64,000 bases of DNA from Tetramitus jugosus (GCA_937625935.1 OW569370.1:423224-487223); one strand, 5' to 3'; positions 33,810 to 45,300 are shown, counted from the first letter of the stretch. The notes: generated by a model not told the origin, from the sequence alone. Program-made: numbers and translations.

Positions 33810-36800
33810 TTAAACTCCCAACTCTTCGTCTGATTCAACCCGTAAATCTATGGAACTGATGCTTCGTGCGTCCTTCAGTGACCTCGTGACTTGCTGAGCT
33901 CCTTGCGTGGAGCCAAAATGAGCGACACAGAACCGTAAACCACCAACCCATTGAGGAGAAATGCTCAAGAACTTCACCCCATGCCACTGAACACCATCTA
34001 TACGAGCACAGATATGTGGTCGCTTCCTGCTTTCAACTTTGCAGACTATCTTGTGAATACCCACCTCAAGTTTCACAGTGTTTGATTTTTGTTTGGAGGT
34101 AAGCGGCAAAGCTTGAGGCTTGCGTGATGTACACAACGCAAAAGTATTTGGTGCAGGATCGACAACCAAGTCTCCATGGATAACAGGCATCTTGTAAATA
34201 CAAACAGATTGAAAATGATGTTTCATCGTTTGCTTACTCTTGTTTATGAAGCAATCAATCTTTAGCTCCATGAATTCACTGTTTTTGTCTGTTCTATCAC
34301 CCAATCTTAACTCTCTATCCTCATCCTCCATATCCTTATCTTCCCTCCGTTCATCATCATACTGCATCTGACTCTGAGACAAGTATTCGAGATCATGCTC
34401 AGGAGTTGCTGATGATCGTCTTTCTCGAGAGGGCAAATCTAAAGCATCTTGGGATGTTGGAGATAATACATTTTGAACTCGCTTGAAGAGTTTACTTTGC
34501 CTTGTCTCTGAGTATTTTCGTGCAAGGTCACCACTGGAGAGCTCAACACGGGATACACAAGGAATCGTAGTTTGGCTGCGAACCTCGGAAGGAACACCCT
34601 CGCTATGGTCCTTCGTATCAGTATCAATGACGACCTGTGAGATGTTAAACTCAGTAAATTGGTGTGCAGATTGGATGTATGATTGAATATTTTTCTCAAT
34701 TAATGAATCAGAATCAGCACAATCAGCTCCATGAGCTAAATGATACAGGTTCGTTAGACTTAGGGCTGTGTGCCATGCTTTTGAGTCAAACATTTCACAA
34801 TATTGAGAACTTTCAGCTCCTATGTGATTCGCAATACTGTTCTTGTTAGTATGGTGCTGTGGTATTGGTATCAAATAAAATCTGAAGACTCCAAAGAGTT
34901 GCTTGGAAGAATCAGTCAATTGAAGACACGCCCTCAAAACACTATTAACGTATCTATCTGTTCCAATCATAGCCAACTGAATTTGCTCATCGTCATCCTG
35001 CTCATAATCTATATTCTTTCTGACCCGATTGTTGTTTTGAAGAATTTTGGACAGTGATTGTACAACATCTTCATAAGAACTTGTCACCAAAATTGAATTT
35101 CTGAATGCTCCCTGAGATCGTTTTAGATAATGAGCAAGGAGTCGACTTTGTTTTGTAATACTACTAATTAATACAACTCTCCTGATAACTTTCTTTGAAT
35201 ACTCCGAGATATTAAAGTCATGATTTAACTGCTCTTCAATAGACAACTGAAGGACTCTTGGAGACTCTTGGGAAGGGTCTTCTTTGGCCAGGTCTTTACT
35301 TTCATAAAAGGGCGATTGAACTCTCATCCTGTTCTTCTTTAGCCTGACGCTCAACGATTTTTTGTTCGTGTTCTCTTCATTGTCTAAATCATAATCATCG
35401 TAATCCTCCTCATTTCTCTCTCGTACGCCCTTATGTTTCAAAAATTGCCATCCCTTAATTAAATTTCTTGCCAGTGCATTCTTCTTATTCATACTTGGCT
35501 CGTTAGATATTGCTGTTCCTCCTTTGTCTGAGCCTGAGGAGTGGGCATCATCCGAGCCATATTGATCATCGCTATCGTACAATTCATTATCGCTATCATC
35601 TCTCTTTCCTTGTCTGGCACCAGTATCATCATTCATCTTCTTTCCCCACTTCAGGAGATTAATTTTCTTCTTCTTATGCCTTGCCTCCTGTTGCATTTGT
35701 TGTTGAAGCAGATAGTGTTGATACTCGACAGTCAAAGGTCTTGTTGTCACCTTTACCTTGAGCTTTGCCAAAATATTGTACATGTCTGGGTTTGATTGAC
35801 CACTAAACTGAATGATTGAAGGATTGATGGTAACAACGGGAGAAGAGGATCCAGAATTAGCGTTATTACTCATTAGTTCCTTCTTGGGAATGATATTCAC
35901 AGGATTCGTTGTTGATGCTGCTGTTGTTGAAGGAGCGACCACAGAGGCAGTAGAATCAGGAGGAAGATAATGTGAGGAATGATGTGGTGACTCAACTGGA
36001 ATGTCATCCTCATCAGATGAATCTCCATTGTGTGGAGTCGGAACAGTGGTCCCATTCATGCTGGAAAGAACATTGCTCATTGGCCTACTTCTGGCTCTAA
36101 ATACAACAGTATCCTCCAAAGGTCTTTGCATCACATGACTTAAATTAATTGAAACTGAGCTCACAGCCTTAAACTCATTCTTTTTCTTTCCTTGGGCCTT
36201 GAGGACGATTTGGAATGAATCTGTTCTCTTACGAATGTGATGAATATATTGAATGTGAAAAATATTGGTAAAAGGTATCACCTTTTGTGATTTGTTCTGT
36301 TGCAAATCAATAATGGGAGATTTGATTGATTTCTTTCTCTTGTATTGAGACAGATGCATAAAGAAGCGCAAGCGTCGATAATCATTCAAAACAGATGGAT
36401 TGCAAATCTCCAACTCATCAAATTGAATCTCAATGACTCTAGCCATTGTATAATTTCCAACTGACTCCTTCTTATAATTGGGCGCAATTGCATAAAAGTG
36501 ATTCTGTTGCTGGTGTTGGTGCTGTAGTTGTTGTTGTTGTTGTTGTTGATAATCATAATCATCCATGTCGACAGCATAGACGGACTGATTCGGAGCAGCT
36601 TCATCTACTGGTGATTGAAGGTAGTATTGAAAATCGCCACCATTGTCAATATTTGTGTGGTCATTCATATGATGGTGGATAATTCCTCCTTCTGTGTCAT
36701 ACATCATGGTACGCTTTTGATTGGCCATATTGTTGCTCATCATGTACTGTTGCTGTTGCTCCTGTACGTATTCAATGACAGCGTTTGTATGATGATCCCT

Positions 36801-36833
36801 CGATGATGCCGTTGTGTTCACAGGTTCTGACAT
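33810..36833 (-). CDS. PACS-family (phosphofurin acidic cluster sorting) protein
   Basis: N-terminal C2-like region (FQIVLKAQGKKK..FKAVSSVSINLSHVMQRP), GTDRYVNSVLR, FRFYLIP, and C-terminal IDGVQWHGVKFLSISPQW resembling PACS1/2. Confidence 0.8.
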   Translation of the reverse strand: MSEPVNTTASSRDHHTNAVIEYVQEQQQQYMMSNNMANQKRTMMYDTEGGIIHHHMNDHTNIDNGGDFQYYLQSPVDEAAPNQSVYAVDMDDYDYQQQQQQQLQHQHQQQNHFYAIAPNYKKESVGNYTMARVIEIQFDELEICNPSVLNDYRRLRFFMHLSQYKRKKSIKSPIIDLQQNKSQKVIPFTNIFHIQYIHHIRKRTDSFQIVLKAQGKKKNEFKAVSSVSINLSHVMQRPLEDTVVFRARSRPMSNVLSSMNGTTVPTPHNGDSSDEDDIPVESPHHSSHYLPPDSTASVVAPSTTAASTTNPVNIIPKKELMSNNANSGSSSPVVTINPSIIQFSGQSNPDMYNILAKLKVKVTTRPLTVEYQHYLLQQQMQQEARHKKKKINLLKWGKKMNDDTGARQGKRDDSDNELYDSDDQYGSDDAHSSGSDKGGTAISNEPSMNKKNALARNLIKGWQFLKHKGVRERNEEDYDDYDLDNEENTNKKSLSVRLKKNRMRVQSPFYESKDLAKEDPSQESPRVLQLSIEEQLNHDFNISEYSKKVIRRVVLISSITKQSRLLAHYLKRSQGAFRNSILVTSSYEDVVQSLSKILQNNNRVRKNIDYEQDDDEQIQLAMIGTDRYVNSVLRACLQLTDSSKQLFGVFRFYLIPIPQHHTNKNSIANHIGAESSQYCEMFDSKAWHTALSLTNLYHLAHGADCADSDSLIEKNIQSYIQSAHQFTEFNISQVVIDTDTKDHSEGVPSEVRSQTTIPCVSRVELSSGDLARKYSETRQSKLFKRVQNVLSPTSQDALDLPSRERRSSATPEHDLEYLSQSQMQYDDERREDKDMEDEDRELRLGDRTDKNSEFMELKIDCFINKSKQTMKHHFQSVCIYKMPVIHGDLVVDPAPNTFALCTSRKPQALPLTSKQKSNTVKLEVGIHKIVCKVESRKRPHICARIDGVQWHGVKFLSISPQWVGGLRFCVAHFGSTQGAQQVTRSLKDARSISSIDLRVESDEELGV

Positions 36834-36948
36834 TTTTTTGTTGTTCTTGTTGTTTTACTCTCTGGTTTTCTCCGTATCTTTTTCTTTCTGACAGAAGTGG
36901 TGAAGGACTTTTTCTGGTCGGAAAAAATGATCGAAACATCAAACAAAA

Positions 36949-37422
36949 ATGACAACGAAGCGAGCAGTAACTTTCAACACGACACCCACGATTTTTGAGT
37001 ATGAAATTGACATCTCGGACCAACCAGAACAATTGTGTGTTTGTCGTCGACCATCAATGGGACGATTCCTTGTCTGTTGCGACTCGTGTGAAGAGTGGTT
37101 TCATGTCGATTGTGTAAATCTCACACCAAAAGAGGCAGAGACAATGGACACCTACATTTGTCATCAATGCACCAACAAAAATAAACAAAAGAAAGATGAT
37201 ACCATCAAATGCATAAAAGTTGAGGCACCACCAATCAAACCATCATCAGTTTCAACATCTTCCTTAATGTCATTATCATCAGCAGCAGAAAGTAAAATGA
37301 CAGATAATATTGATATTGCAGTCAACCCTGCATCATCATTCAATCGGAAAAGAAAACAAACTCCTTTTCCTATGCCTCCTCCTCACAAGAGGAAGAAAAG
37401 TGTGATAGTTGCGCGAGAATAG
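36949..37422 (+). CDS. PHD finger protein
   Basis: LCVCRRP..FLVCCDSCEEWFHVDCVNL..YICHQC (C4HC3); basic C-terminal NLS-like stretch. Confidence 0.85.
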   Translation: MTTKRAVTFNTTPTIFEYEIDISDQPEQLCVCRRPSMGRFLVCCDSCEEWFHVDCVNLTPKEAETMDTYICHQCTNKNKQKKDDTIKCIKVEAPPIKPSSVSTSSLMSLSSAAESKMTDNIDIAVNPASSFNRKRKQTPFPMPPPHKRKKSVIVARE

Positions 37423-37701
37423 GAGCGATAAAAGGACATTGTGCCCAGAAATCCACACAGATATCTTTCCAGATTCGGAATCTTTGTACTCCTTGGCCAC
37501 CGAGAGTGCAAATAAAAATCCTTTATCGGAAGTTCAAATAGATTCGATGCAAAGTATCTGAACTACTAGCAGTACATAAAGGAACTCAGAGGAACAAACG
37601 GTTGCTGATAGGATAAACACTCTTTGAAACAAAGAAAAAGCACGAGACAACAAACAAGACACACCAAACAGTAAAATCAACCTCTAGTGAAAGAAAACGG
37701 G

Positions 37702-38727
37702 ATGGAAAAGGAGAGCATCACACTACAACTCACTTGTGATAGAACACTCAAGCATGCAGCAAATGCGGTCATGATGGTCAGACCAGTCCATTTCAATTAT
37801 AATCCCGAAACAGCCATTGACAATGAATTCCAAAATGATGTATCTGGTCAATCAAATCTGGAACTCATTACTCAAAGAGCACTTTCAGAGTTTGCCCAAT
37901 CAGTTGACATACTCCAACAAGAAGGTGTCAGTGTTATTATTCTGGATGGAGAAGACTCAACAGACTCTCGTTGTGTCCAGACACCTGACTCTGTCTTCCC
38001 AAACAACTGGTTCGGTACGACAAGTGATGGTAAGATCATTGTATATCCTATGGCAACAGAGAATCGAAGAGCAGAGACAAGAAGACTCCCAGATGTTCTT
38101 CAGCTACTGGATAGGCATCAATTCATGTACGACTCATCCCCATTGATTCTAGAAAATGAACATGTTCTCGAAGGTACAGGTGCAATGGTGATGGATCATG
38201 TTCATGGTGTCATCTATGCGGCAAGGAGTGTCAGATGCAACCCAAAAGCACTAAAGGCATTTACAAGTCTAAGAAGTAACCAGTTTGTAGAATCCATCAT
38301 GTTCGAGACTTACTCCTCTTCTGGAAAGGAGATTTACCACACCAATGTGATGATGAGCATTGGAACACATTTTGCAGTTGTCTGTTCTGACAGTATATCA
38401 GAAAATCCTGCATGCAAGGATTGTCAGCCACGCTCTCAGGTGCTTAAACGACTATCACAGACTCGAACAGTCATCGAGATTACTCGCGAGCAAGCAGAAC
38501 GATTCTTTTGTGCCAACATATTAGAATTGCGAGGAGAAAACAATGAATCAAAGATTGTGATGAGCACTTCTGCATGGAAAGGATTCACACCAGATCAAAA
38601 GGCTAAATTAGCTTCATTTGGCAAGTTGGTACCTATCCCAATCTCGGATGTCATTGAGTTCGTAGGCGGTGGCAGTGCTCGTTGTATGCTTGCCGAAATT
38701 TTTTTGCCTCGAAAAAACTCCGAATAA
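37702..38727 (+). CDS. Amidinotransferase-superfamily hydrolase (CtlX-like)
   Basis: VMMVRPVHFNYNPETAIDNEFQ, TPDSVFPNNW, LEGTGAMVMD, IYHTNVMMSIG, GGGSARCMLAEIF (catalytic Cys retained). Confidence 0.9.
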   Translation: MEKESITLQLTCDRTLKHAANAVMMVRPVHFNYNPETAIDNEFQNDVSGQSNLELITQRALSEFAQSVDILQQEGVSVIILDGEDSTDSRCVQTPDSVFPNNWFGTTSDGKIIVYPMATENRRAETRRLPDVLQLLDRHQFMYDSSPLILENEHVLEGTGAMVMDHVHGVIYAARSVRCNPKALKAFTSLRSNQFVESIMFETYSSSGKEIYHTNVMMSIGTHFAVVCSDSISENPACKDCQPRSQVLKRLSQTRTVIEITREQAERFFCANILELRGENNESKIVMSTSAWKGFTPDQKAKLASFGKLVPIPISDVIEFVGGGSARCMLAEIFLPRKNSE

Positions 38728-38850
38728 ATTGATGCTTCACGATGTTGATTGAACGTTTTGTCAACCTGAGAAAAATTTTATTCGACAAAGTTGCGTTTGG
38801 CCAAAAAACCAAACCAACAATATCCAATAACTGCCATAAACAATCCAACA

Positions 38851-39642
38851 ATGAGTTTGAGCAAAGGAAACGCAAAGGTCTTAGCTGCCACTGAATATGA
38901 CATCCAAATGATGCTCGCCTGTGAGGTCCACAAGGGTACCAAGAACTGCGAGAAGGCTATGGAAAAGTACGTCCACACCAGAAGAGCTTCTGATGGTGTT
39001 CACTTGTTGAACTTGGGTAAGACTTGGGAAAAGTTGATGCTTGCTGCAAGAATCATCGTTACCATTGAAAACCCATCTGATATCTGTGCTATCTCTGGCA
39101 GAACCTATGGTCAAAGAGCTGTCTTGAAGTACTCTCACTACACTGGTTCCCAATACATCGCCAACAGATTCACCCCTGGTATCTTCACCAATCAAATCCA
39201 AGACAAGTTCATGGAACCAAGATTGTTGATTGTCACTGACCCAAGAGGTGATCACCAAGCTATTAAGGAAGCTTCTTATGTCAACATCCCTGTTATTGCT
39301 TTCTGTGACTCCGACTCTCCATTGAGATTCGTCGATGTTGCTATCCCAGCTAACAACAAGGGTAAGAGCTCTATCGCTTTGATGTACTGGTTGTTGGCCA
39401 GAGAAGTCTTGAGATTGAGAGGCGCTATCTCCAGAAGAAGACAATGGGACGTTAAGGTTGATTTGTTCTTCTACAGAGACCCTGAGGAGGCTGAAAAGAA
39501 GGAAAGACTTGCTGCTGAAGCCAACCAAAACAAGAGCGTTGAAGTTGTTGCTATTGAAAACTTTGACCAATTCGAAGAGGAGCAAGAAGAAGCTGAAGCT
39601 TTCGAAGAGAACCAAACCGGATCATGGGGAGATGAGAACTAA
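38851..39642 (+). CDS. RPSA: 40S ribosomal protein SA (uS2)
   Basis: [66 protein letters not shown]; strong highly-expressed codon bias. Confidence 0.98.
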   Translation: MSLSKGNAKVLAATEYDIQMMLACEVHKGTKNCEKAMEKYVHTRRASDGVHLLNLGKTWEKLMLAARIIVTIENPSDICAISGRTYGQRAVLKYSHYTGSQYIANRFTPGIFTNQIQDKFMEPRLLIVTDPRGDHQAIKEASYVNIPVIAFCDSDSPLRFVDVAIPANNKGKSSIALMYWLLAREVLRLRGAISRRRQWDVKVDLFFYRDPEEAEKKERLAAEANQNKSVEVVAIENFDQFEEEQEEAEAFEENQTGSWGDEN

Positions 39643-39715
39643 ATCATCCTGAGATTAAATTTTTTGCTCAAAATTTATTTCCCGCTTTCACAAACACAAA
39701 AAACAAACAAAAACA

Positions 39716-41605
39716 ATGTCAAAAGGGAAGAAGCAAGTGCTCCCTATGAATATTCGCCTTGACACCTCAAAAGTCTCCCAACACTCGAACGAACCACATC
39801 AACAATCCCACTCACAAAGTCATCAGCACTCCATGAGTGACACGAGCACTCCAAAAAGTTGGTTCGATATTGATGAATACGGTGGTGATGTAGGTGGTGC
39901 TTTATTTAGTGAAGAACACTTTCTCCATATTGCTACTCCCATGAGTCCTCCCTGGTCGACTGTGACATCAGCGGCCTCTTCTGCTTGGTATGTATTGTTC
40001 TACCCTGGGTAGTTATCACTTAAAACGCTAGTACATGATCATTGACTCCGTTTCTATGTTTTGAACAGTAATTCCCCCAGAGGTATGAGTAGTGAAGCCT
40101 TGAAGATGTTTAATGAGGAACAATTGATGAGGAAGTGTGGTATGTGTATTCCATTTTTTTGGTTGGACATTATGCCACACCATGGATAATGCATGTAGCA
40201 AAACTAACCCTCGATCATATCATTTTTTTTCTATTGTTTGTTTTCACCACAAGATGGGTTCATAAGAGATCGAAATGACATGACAGAAGAGGAGGAGGGA
40301 GAGGTCTCTCAACTGCAAGAACAACGACAACAACAGGAGATTATGAACCAGAGCAATCCCATGGCTGCTATGAAGGAAGAGGAGAGAACAGACCACATGC
40401 AACCTGACTTGATTGCATTGGCAAATAATGACGTCGCAACAACAGCTACAACAACTGGAACTACCAAGCAGTCATCATTCATTGACATCTCGACTCCAAG
40501 GCCTTTGAATCACAATTGGTCAGTGTACATTAATGAGGACGTCACAAATCTGAATCATACGAGCAGTTTGGACTCTAATCAACAGCACTTGTACGATACA
40601 TTTTTCCAGCAGGACACCCTTGTTGACCATGTGTCAACTGTGCAGGGATTTTGGAGTGTGTGGAATGCACTCAATGTGCCATCGAGCCAACGTTCACAGC
40701 ACTTTGCAATCAAATTTTTCAAGAACGGAATCAATGAGATGGCTCGCGGTGATTACGATTTTGTGTCTACTCCCAGTTCTCCCTTTTTTACCCAAGAACA
40801 GAAGAAGCAGTCCATTCCACTTTCAAACTACAATCATCCGATCGTAAAGCCAGGAGGTAGATGGAGTTTGTTTAGTTATGATAGGAGCAAGAGAGCTCAA
40901 ATATGGACTGAATTGTTGTTGGCAGCAATTGGAGAGATTGATTATTTTGGGAGAAGAACGTTTGATGTTCAGGGTATCATATTTCAGTCGCATCAAACGT
41001 ATGATTCAATTCAGATATGGAACGGAATACCTCAAATGGCTCCTCAAACCGCTCAGAAAATGATGAAGCGATTATCAAGTTTGATTAAACATGTGGAGGA
41101 TCATGATGGTGTGCCAATTGCCCACATCGGGGAGGACGTATTTCTAGAGTATTACAAGTCTCACTTTGGTAGAGAGTTTTCGTATAATAGTTCGAGAGGT
41201 GGATCAGGTCACAGCTCTCCTGCATCTCGAAGTGGATACAGTACTCCGACTTTGCAACTGAGGAAAAATAGTGTGAATCGAACACCTCAAACTGCACAAT
41301 ACTCTCCTCGCGCCAGTCACACTAGCTTCCATCACAAGTTACGACAGAAACTGCAGCAGAGGTTCCCAGAATCTTCCCAACAACAATCTGTTTCAACTCT
41401 ATCATCCGCGACTGTTGCTGATGCGCCAGTAGTTGTCGAGAAGCCCAATTCAAAACCTGTTCAATTTGAGGATGAAAAGAACACGGCAGGTATCAGCACA
41501 CCAGAGAAACGATCATTCGAGAGCCGTTACCTGAACCTGTTGATCATTGTTCTCGGTTGTTTAGTTGCTTTTATGGCCGTTTTGATACTTCACACAAACA
41601 ATTAA
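39716..41605 (+). CDS. Divergent eIF4E-family protein with C-terminal TM. Exons 39716-39987, 40069-40139, 40254-41605
   Basis: eIF4E core PLNHNWSVY..VSTVQGFWSVW..FFKNGI..GGRW..WTELLLAAIGE..IQIWN; terminal LLIIVLGCLVAFMAVLIL. Two GTATGT..AG introns keep the frame. Confidence 0.8.
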
Positions 41606-41646
41606 TTATCTTGGTTGAACATAAAGTTTAATAGTTTGGTTTCTTT

Positions 41647-42078
41647 TCAGCTTCGATTGGAACTTTTACTGTCAAGCTTTTCACTGATTGCTTGCTCAAA
41701 TTCTTTCAACTGTTTGATATGGGGTGGAACAGTTTGTGATAGTTTGGATACTTTTCTTTTTCTGGCGTTTGTAAACCAACTGTCTATCTGTTTTCTCGTC
41801 AACTGAGTTTCTTTCTCCAACATCGTTTTTTCTTCTTCTGTTGGATATGGGTTCTCAATTCGGGATGATAGAAAAGAATTAAGGATACGAGTTTGGTTTT
41901 CGCTGAAAGTGTGTCTTGGTCTTTTGTTTGGAATGCTACTTTGTTCTCCGATAGTCCTCTTCGAAGATTCTGTCCTCTCGAGTGACTCCAACTCTTCTTT
42001 AAAGTCATGAATCATGGTCTCTATCGACAGTTCTTGTGATGTGAGGATGTAAGATTTGAAGGGGTCTTGTTGATGCAT
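41647..42078 (-). CDS. TALE-class homeodomain protein
   Basis: KRPRHTFS..ENPYPTEEEK..LTRKQIDSWFTNARKR (PYP loop extension). Confidence 0.88.
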   Translation of the reverse strand: MHQQDPFKSYILTSQELSIETMIHDFKEELESLERTESSKRTIGEQSSIPNKRPRHTFSENQTRILNSFLSSRIENPYPTEEEKTMLEKETQLTRKQIDSWFTNARKRKVSKLSQTVPPHIKQLKEFEQAISEKLDSKSSNRS

Positions 42079-42675
42079 TTGTTACTTTTCAGATAGCTAC
42101 AAATCTCAACCTAAACAGCCTTAAGAACTCCCTATCAAGATAAAAAGAGTAGTTTCCTTTTTTATTCTTCTTAATATGGAAGTTAGTCGAAAGATGGAAT
42201 TTCTTGTACTACCAGCGACATAAGTTTCGGCATATTCTCAGGATATGGGTGCAACGACATCCACTAAAGTAGATAAGAAAAGCACATCCAATGAAACCAA
42301 ACACCACTGCTATGAACCCAATTACAAGAAATGTTTCGAACCAGCAGCTCATTACAAGGAAACACATAACATTGTAACTAGGGTGATGGATAGATAGTGA
42401 GGAACTACAAGGATCTAACAGCACAAACTTTCAAGATATGTTACATACATGTTACAAGGACAAGTCGTTAAACTTTGGCTAACAACTGAGGTGATTGTGG
42501 ATAATAGTATGGAAGTGAGTAAGTAATTTTTCACGCCCATTGTTCGTTTTGTTTGCATGTGATTATTAGGAAACTTCCCAAACCAGCCGGAATACAGAAG
42601 TTGTGCTTTTCACCGAATTTGAAGAGCTAAAATTGTTTGATTTTGACAGGATCCATTCCCTGAAGGATTTTATTA

Positions 42676-43374
42676 TTACATGAAATCCTCATCATCATCA
42701 AAAGCTGTTCCACCAGACTGGCCTCCAAGATCTGCAAAAGGATCATCGACGTGAACCGTTCTCTTTGGAGCCTTCTTTGCTGCTTGTGGAAGCTTCTTGG
42801 CCTCTTTTTCTTGCACTTGCTTCTTGGTGACCAATGTGTTCACTAACTTTTGAATTTCCTTCATCTCGTCAGCAGTTACAGGGTTGACACATTGTTCAAT
42901 CAAAGCCTTCAAAAAGTAGACATAATGCTCATTGGAGCACGATTCAAGCAACTTGTCTGAAACAATATCAGCAAATTCATCAAAATCCTTCTTGTCCTTT
43001 GGTTGCAAGATTTCAATTCTTGGTCTCTGAGATCCCTCAAAAAGCTCCAAAGTTTCATCAAAATCACCGGATTGAGCTTCATAAGCCTGCATCATTGAAC
43101 TCAACTCTTTGGTTGCAGTACCTGACGAAACACCACTCTTTAATCTTTTTTTCTCTAGTTCCTTCTTCTTTCGTTCCTTCTCTTGACTTTCCTTCTCGAG
43201 TTCAACTCTCTTTTTTTCTTCTGCTTGCTTTTTCTTCTTCTCTTCCTCCTCGTCCTTCAAATTGTCCACATCAAAATTCTCCCAGTCATCCTCATCATCA
43301 TCCTGCTTGTTATTTTTCTGGGTTTTTTCTTCTTCTTCCCACTCCAAATCGTTTTCCCAATCTTCCTTGCTCAT
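42676..43374 (-). CDS. EIF3J: Translation initiation factor eIF3 subunit J
   Basis: Acidic DW repeats (EDWENDLEW, DDWENFD), PKDKKDFDEFADIV, KEKEAKK, and C-terminal DDDEDFM. Confidence 0.85.
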   Translation of the reverse strand: MSKEDWENDLEWEEEEKTQKNNKQDDDEDDWENFDVDNLKDEEEEKKKKQAEEKKRVELEKESQEKERKKKELEKKRLKSGVSSGTATKELSSMMQAYEAQSGDFDETLELFEGSQRPRIEILQPKDKKDFDEFADIVSDKLLESCSNEHYVYFLKALIEQCVNPVTADEMKEIQKLVNTLVTKKQVQEKEAKKLPQAAKKAPKRTVHVDDPFADLGGQSGGTAFDDDEDFM

Positions 43375-43536
43375 GCTTCCAATTTTTGCTGTGTGTGCTG
43401 TGTGTTGTGCGTTTTTCTTGGTTTCGTGTGGAAAAGCGGAGTTGCCAATTGTTTCGTCGTTTGGTTGAACTTTCATCATCGACGAAGAGAAAATCAATCA
43501 ACAACAAACAACAAACGAATAACAACAATCTCAACA

Positions 43537-44782
43537 ATGCTTTTCGGAGGAGGAGCTAGCAAATGCCAGTGTTGTTGGAGCAAGTCAACACAAGAGGACG
43601 AACAACATGATCAACTGTATGATCGGAACACACCAGTCAAAATTGCAGACATATGGACTGGTAGAAACTATTTGTGTTGGAGCAATAGGTAAATGATGAG
43701 CTTTGTTTTTCTGGATTTCTTTTTATCATCAATTGTCGACTGACGTCAATATCATTCGTACCTAGACTGATATTTGGACCTGATTGGGCTGGGTTGCTCT
43801 TTAGCAATCTGCTCATCATTATACCCAGTGGTCTATTCTGTGGATTTGTAGCGGTTGATTGGTTCAGATACATTGGTGTCATACCATCGATATTTATGAT
43901 GATTGGCGCAGTGATTCTCTTGTTTTTGTCCCTGTATTTTTTAATGAAAACTGGTACGACAGATCCTGGTTACGTGTGGAAAAATATTGATACTGTGAAA
44001 CATTTGTTCAAGCCTGATGAGACTGATACGATGATCGCGAATCAAGTACCACCTCCATACAAAGAAACCACGATCAATAATGTTATTGTGAGGCTCAAAT
44101 GGTGTCGGTCGTGCAAAGTTTATCGCCCACCCAGAGCTAGCCATTGTAAGAGATGTAACTCATGCATTGAGCGATTTGATCATCACTGCCCTTGGACGGG
44201 AACATGCATCGGTAGGAGAAATCATCGATATTTTTTTGGATTCGTGACATCAACGACAATTTTGTGCGCATATGCCGCTCTTTGTTCTATTGTACAGATC
44301 GCAGTGTTTGTATGGAGAGCAACATTACCCGAAAAGGATATTCGATCATACAAATATCATGATATGGATGTAGGACAAGGTTTTGTACAATCTCTCATGT
44401 CTTCTCCTGTTTCGTATCTTATTATATTCTATGGATTTATCATGGGTTTGTCAGTGGGTGGTCTGATGCTGTTTCATTTGTATCTGTTATCAAGAAATGT
44501 AACAACTTATGAAAATGTAGGTAAGATACAGCTTCAAACTTATAAGTTTATCAACTCCTAACAATAATTGTTTTTGAATAGATTAACAATGCATTTGAGG
44601 ATACTCCCAATCCGTTTTCAAATGGCATACGTTCAAATTTGTATGAAATGCTGTGTCGTCCATTGCCTCCTCCAAGTGTTAAATTTAATGAAACAGTTAT
44701 AATGGAAGAGGAAGTAGTGGGTGAATATGATACGGATTCGGATGATTTGAACAGCGAGAGATCGTTCCATGAAGATGTGTAA
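43537..44782 (+). CDS. DHHC palmitoyltransferase (ERF2/ZDHHC9-like). Exons 43537-43688, 43766-44516, 44582-44782
   Basis: KWCRSCKVYRPPRASHCKRCNSCIERFDHHCPWTGTCIGRRNHRYF. Splicing yields RLIFGPD and TTYENIN..NPFSNG. Confidence 0.93.
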
Positions 44783-45166
44783 TACAGTTACCCCTTGTGA
44801 TACTCCAGAAGCTCCTTAGCAAAGTAGTTTTTCGCTTGTTCTCTTCGGACTGTGCCACTTGATGATAAGGATCGTTGAGTACGTAGATCCATTCATTCTC
44901 AGTCTTGGTGATAATATCAGGAATTAGTCCCGCAGGGTCATTTGCTTCTCCTAACTTTCATTTGTAACATTACACATTATTTTTTTGGGAACTAATGGAT
45001 TGATAAAACACGTCGGCTGTTTGAGGAGGGAGTTGATAGATTCCGGTTCACCGTTTTCGTAGTTTCCCTCCGTTGTGCTAATCGGCACATAACCAACAGA
45101 AGTGATTCTTGCATGAGGCGCACTTGATTTGTATTCTATGAAGACAAGGATTGGTCCAAGAAATTC

Positions 45167-45300
45167 ATGAAAGCACCTACGTGTCTTATGACACCTGGTA
45201 GTTACTTTAATTATGGTGGTCTGCGTCAACCAATTGGTAGAGTTCACTTTACAGGAACAGAGAGCCGACGAATGGATTGGCTACATGGATGGTGCGGGTT
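45167..45300 (+). pseudogene. Flavin amine oxidase C-terminal fragment
   Basis: GLRQPIGRVHFTGTE in one frame, continuing as ADEWIGYMDGA in another (cf. [26 protein letters not shown]). The rest of the gene is absent. Confidence 0.7.

Noticed and set aside
14603-38727. Bacterial contamination or chimeric assembly to explain the PstS, SBP and CtlX genes
   Set aside because: They are interleaved with intron-containing eukaryotic genes, share composition and CAA-rich leaders, and the binding proteins carry eukaryote-style anchors.
38881-39615. 244-aa antisense ORF over RPSA
   Set aside because: Shadow of strongly biased codon usage in a ribosomal protein gene; no protein-like features.
42209-42424. 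71-aa hydrophobic ORF
   Set aside because: Non-ATG start and no family evidence. It might be an exon of a small spliced gene but cannot be supported.
42999-43692. Overlapping plus-strand ORFs of 169-186 aa
   Set aside because: Antisense to the low-complexity eIF3j region. Only the end (43537-43688) is real, as DHHC exon 1.
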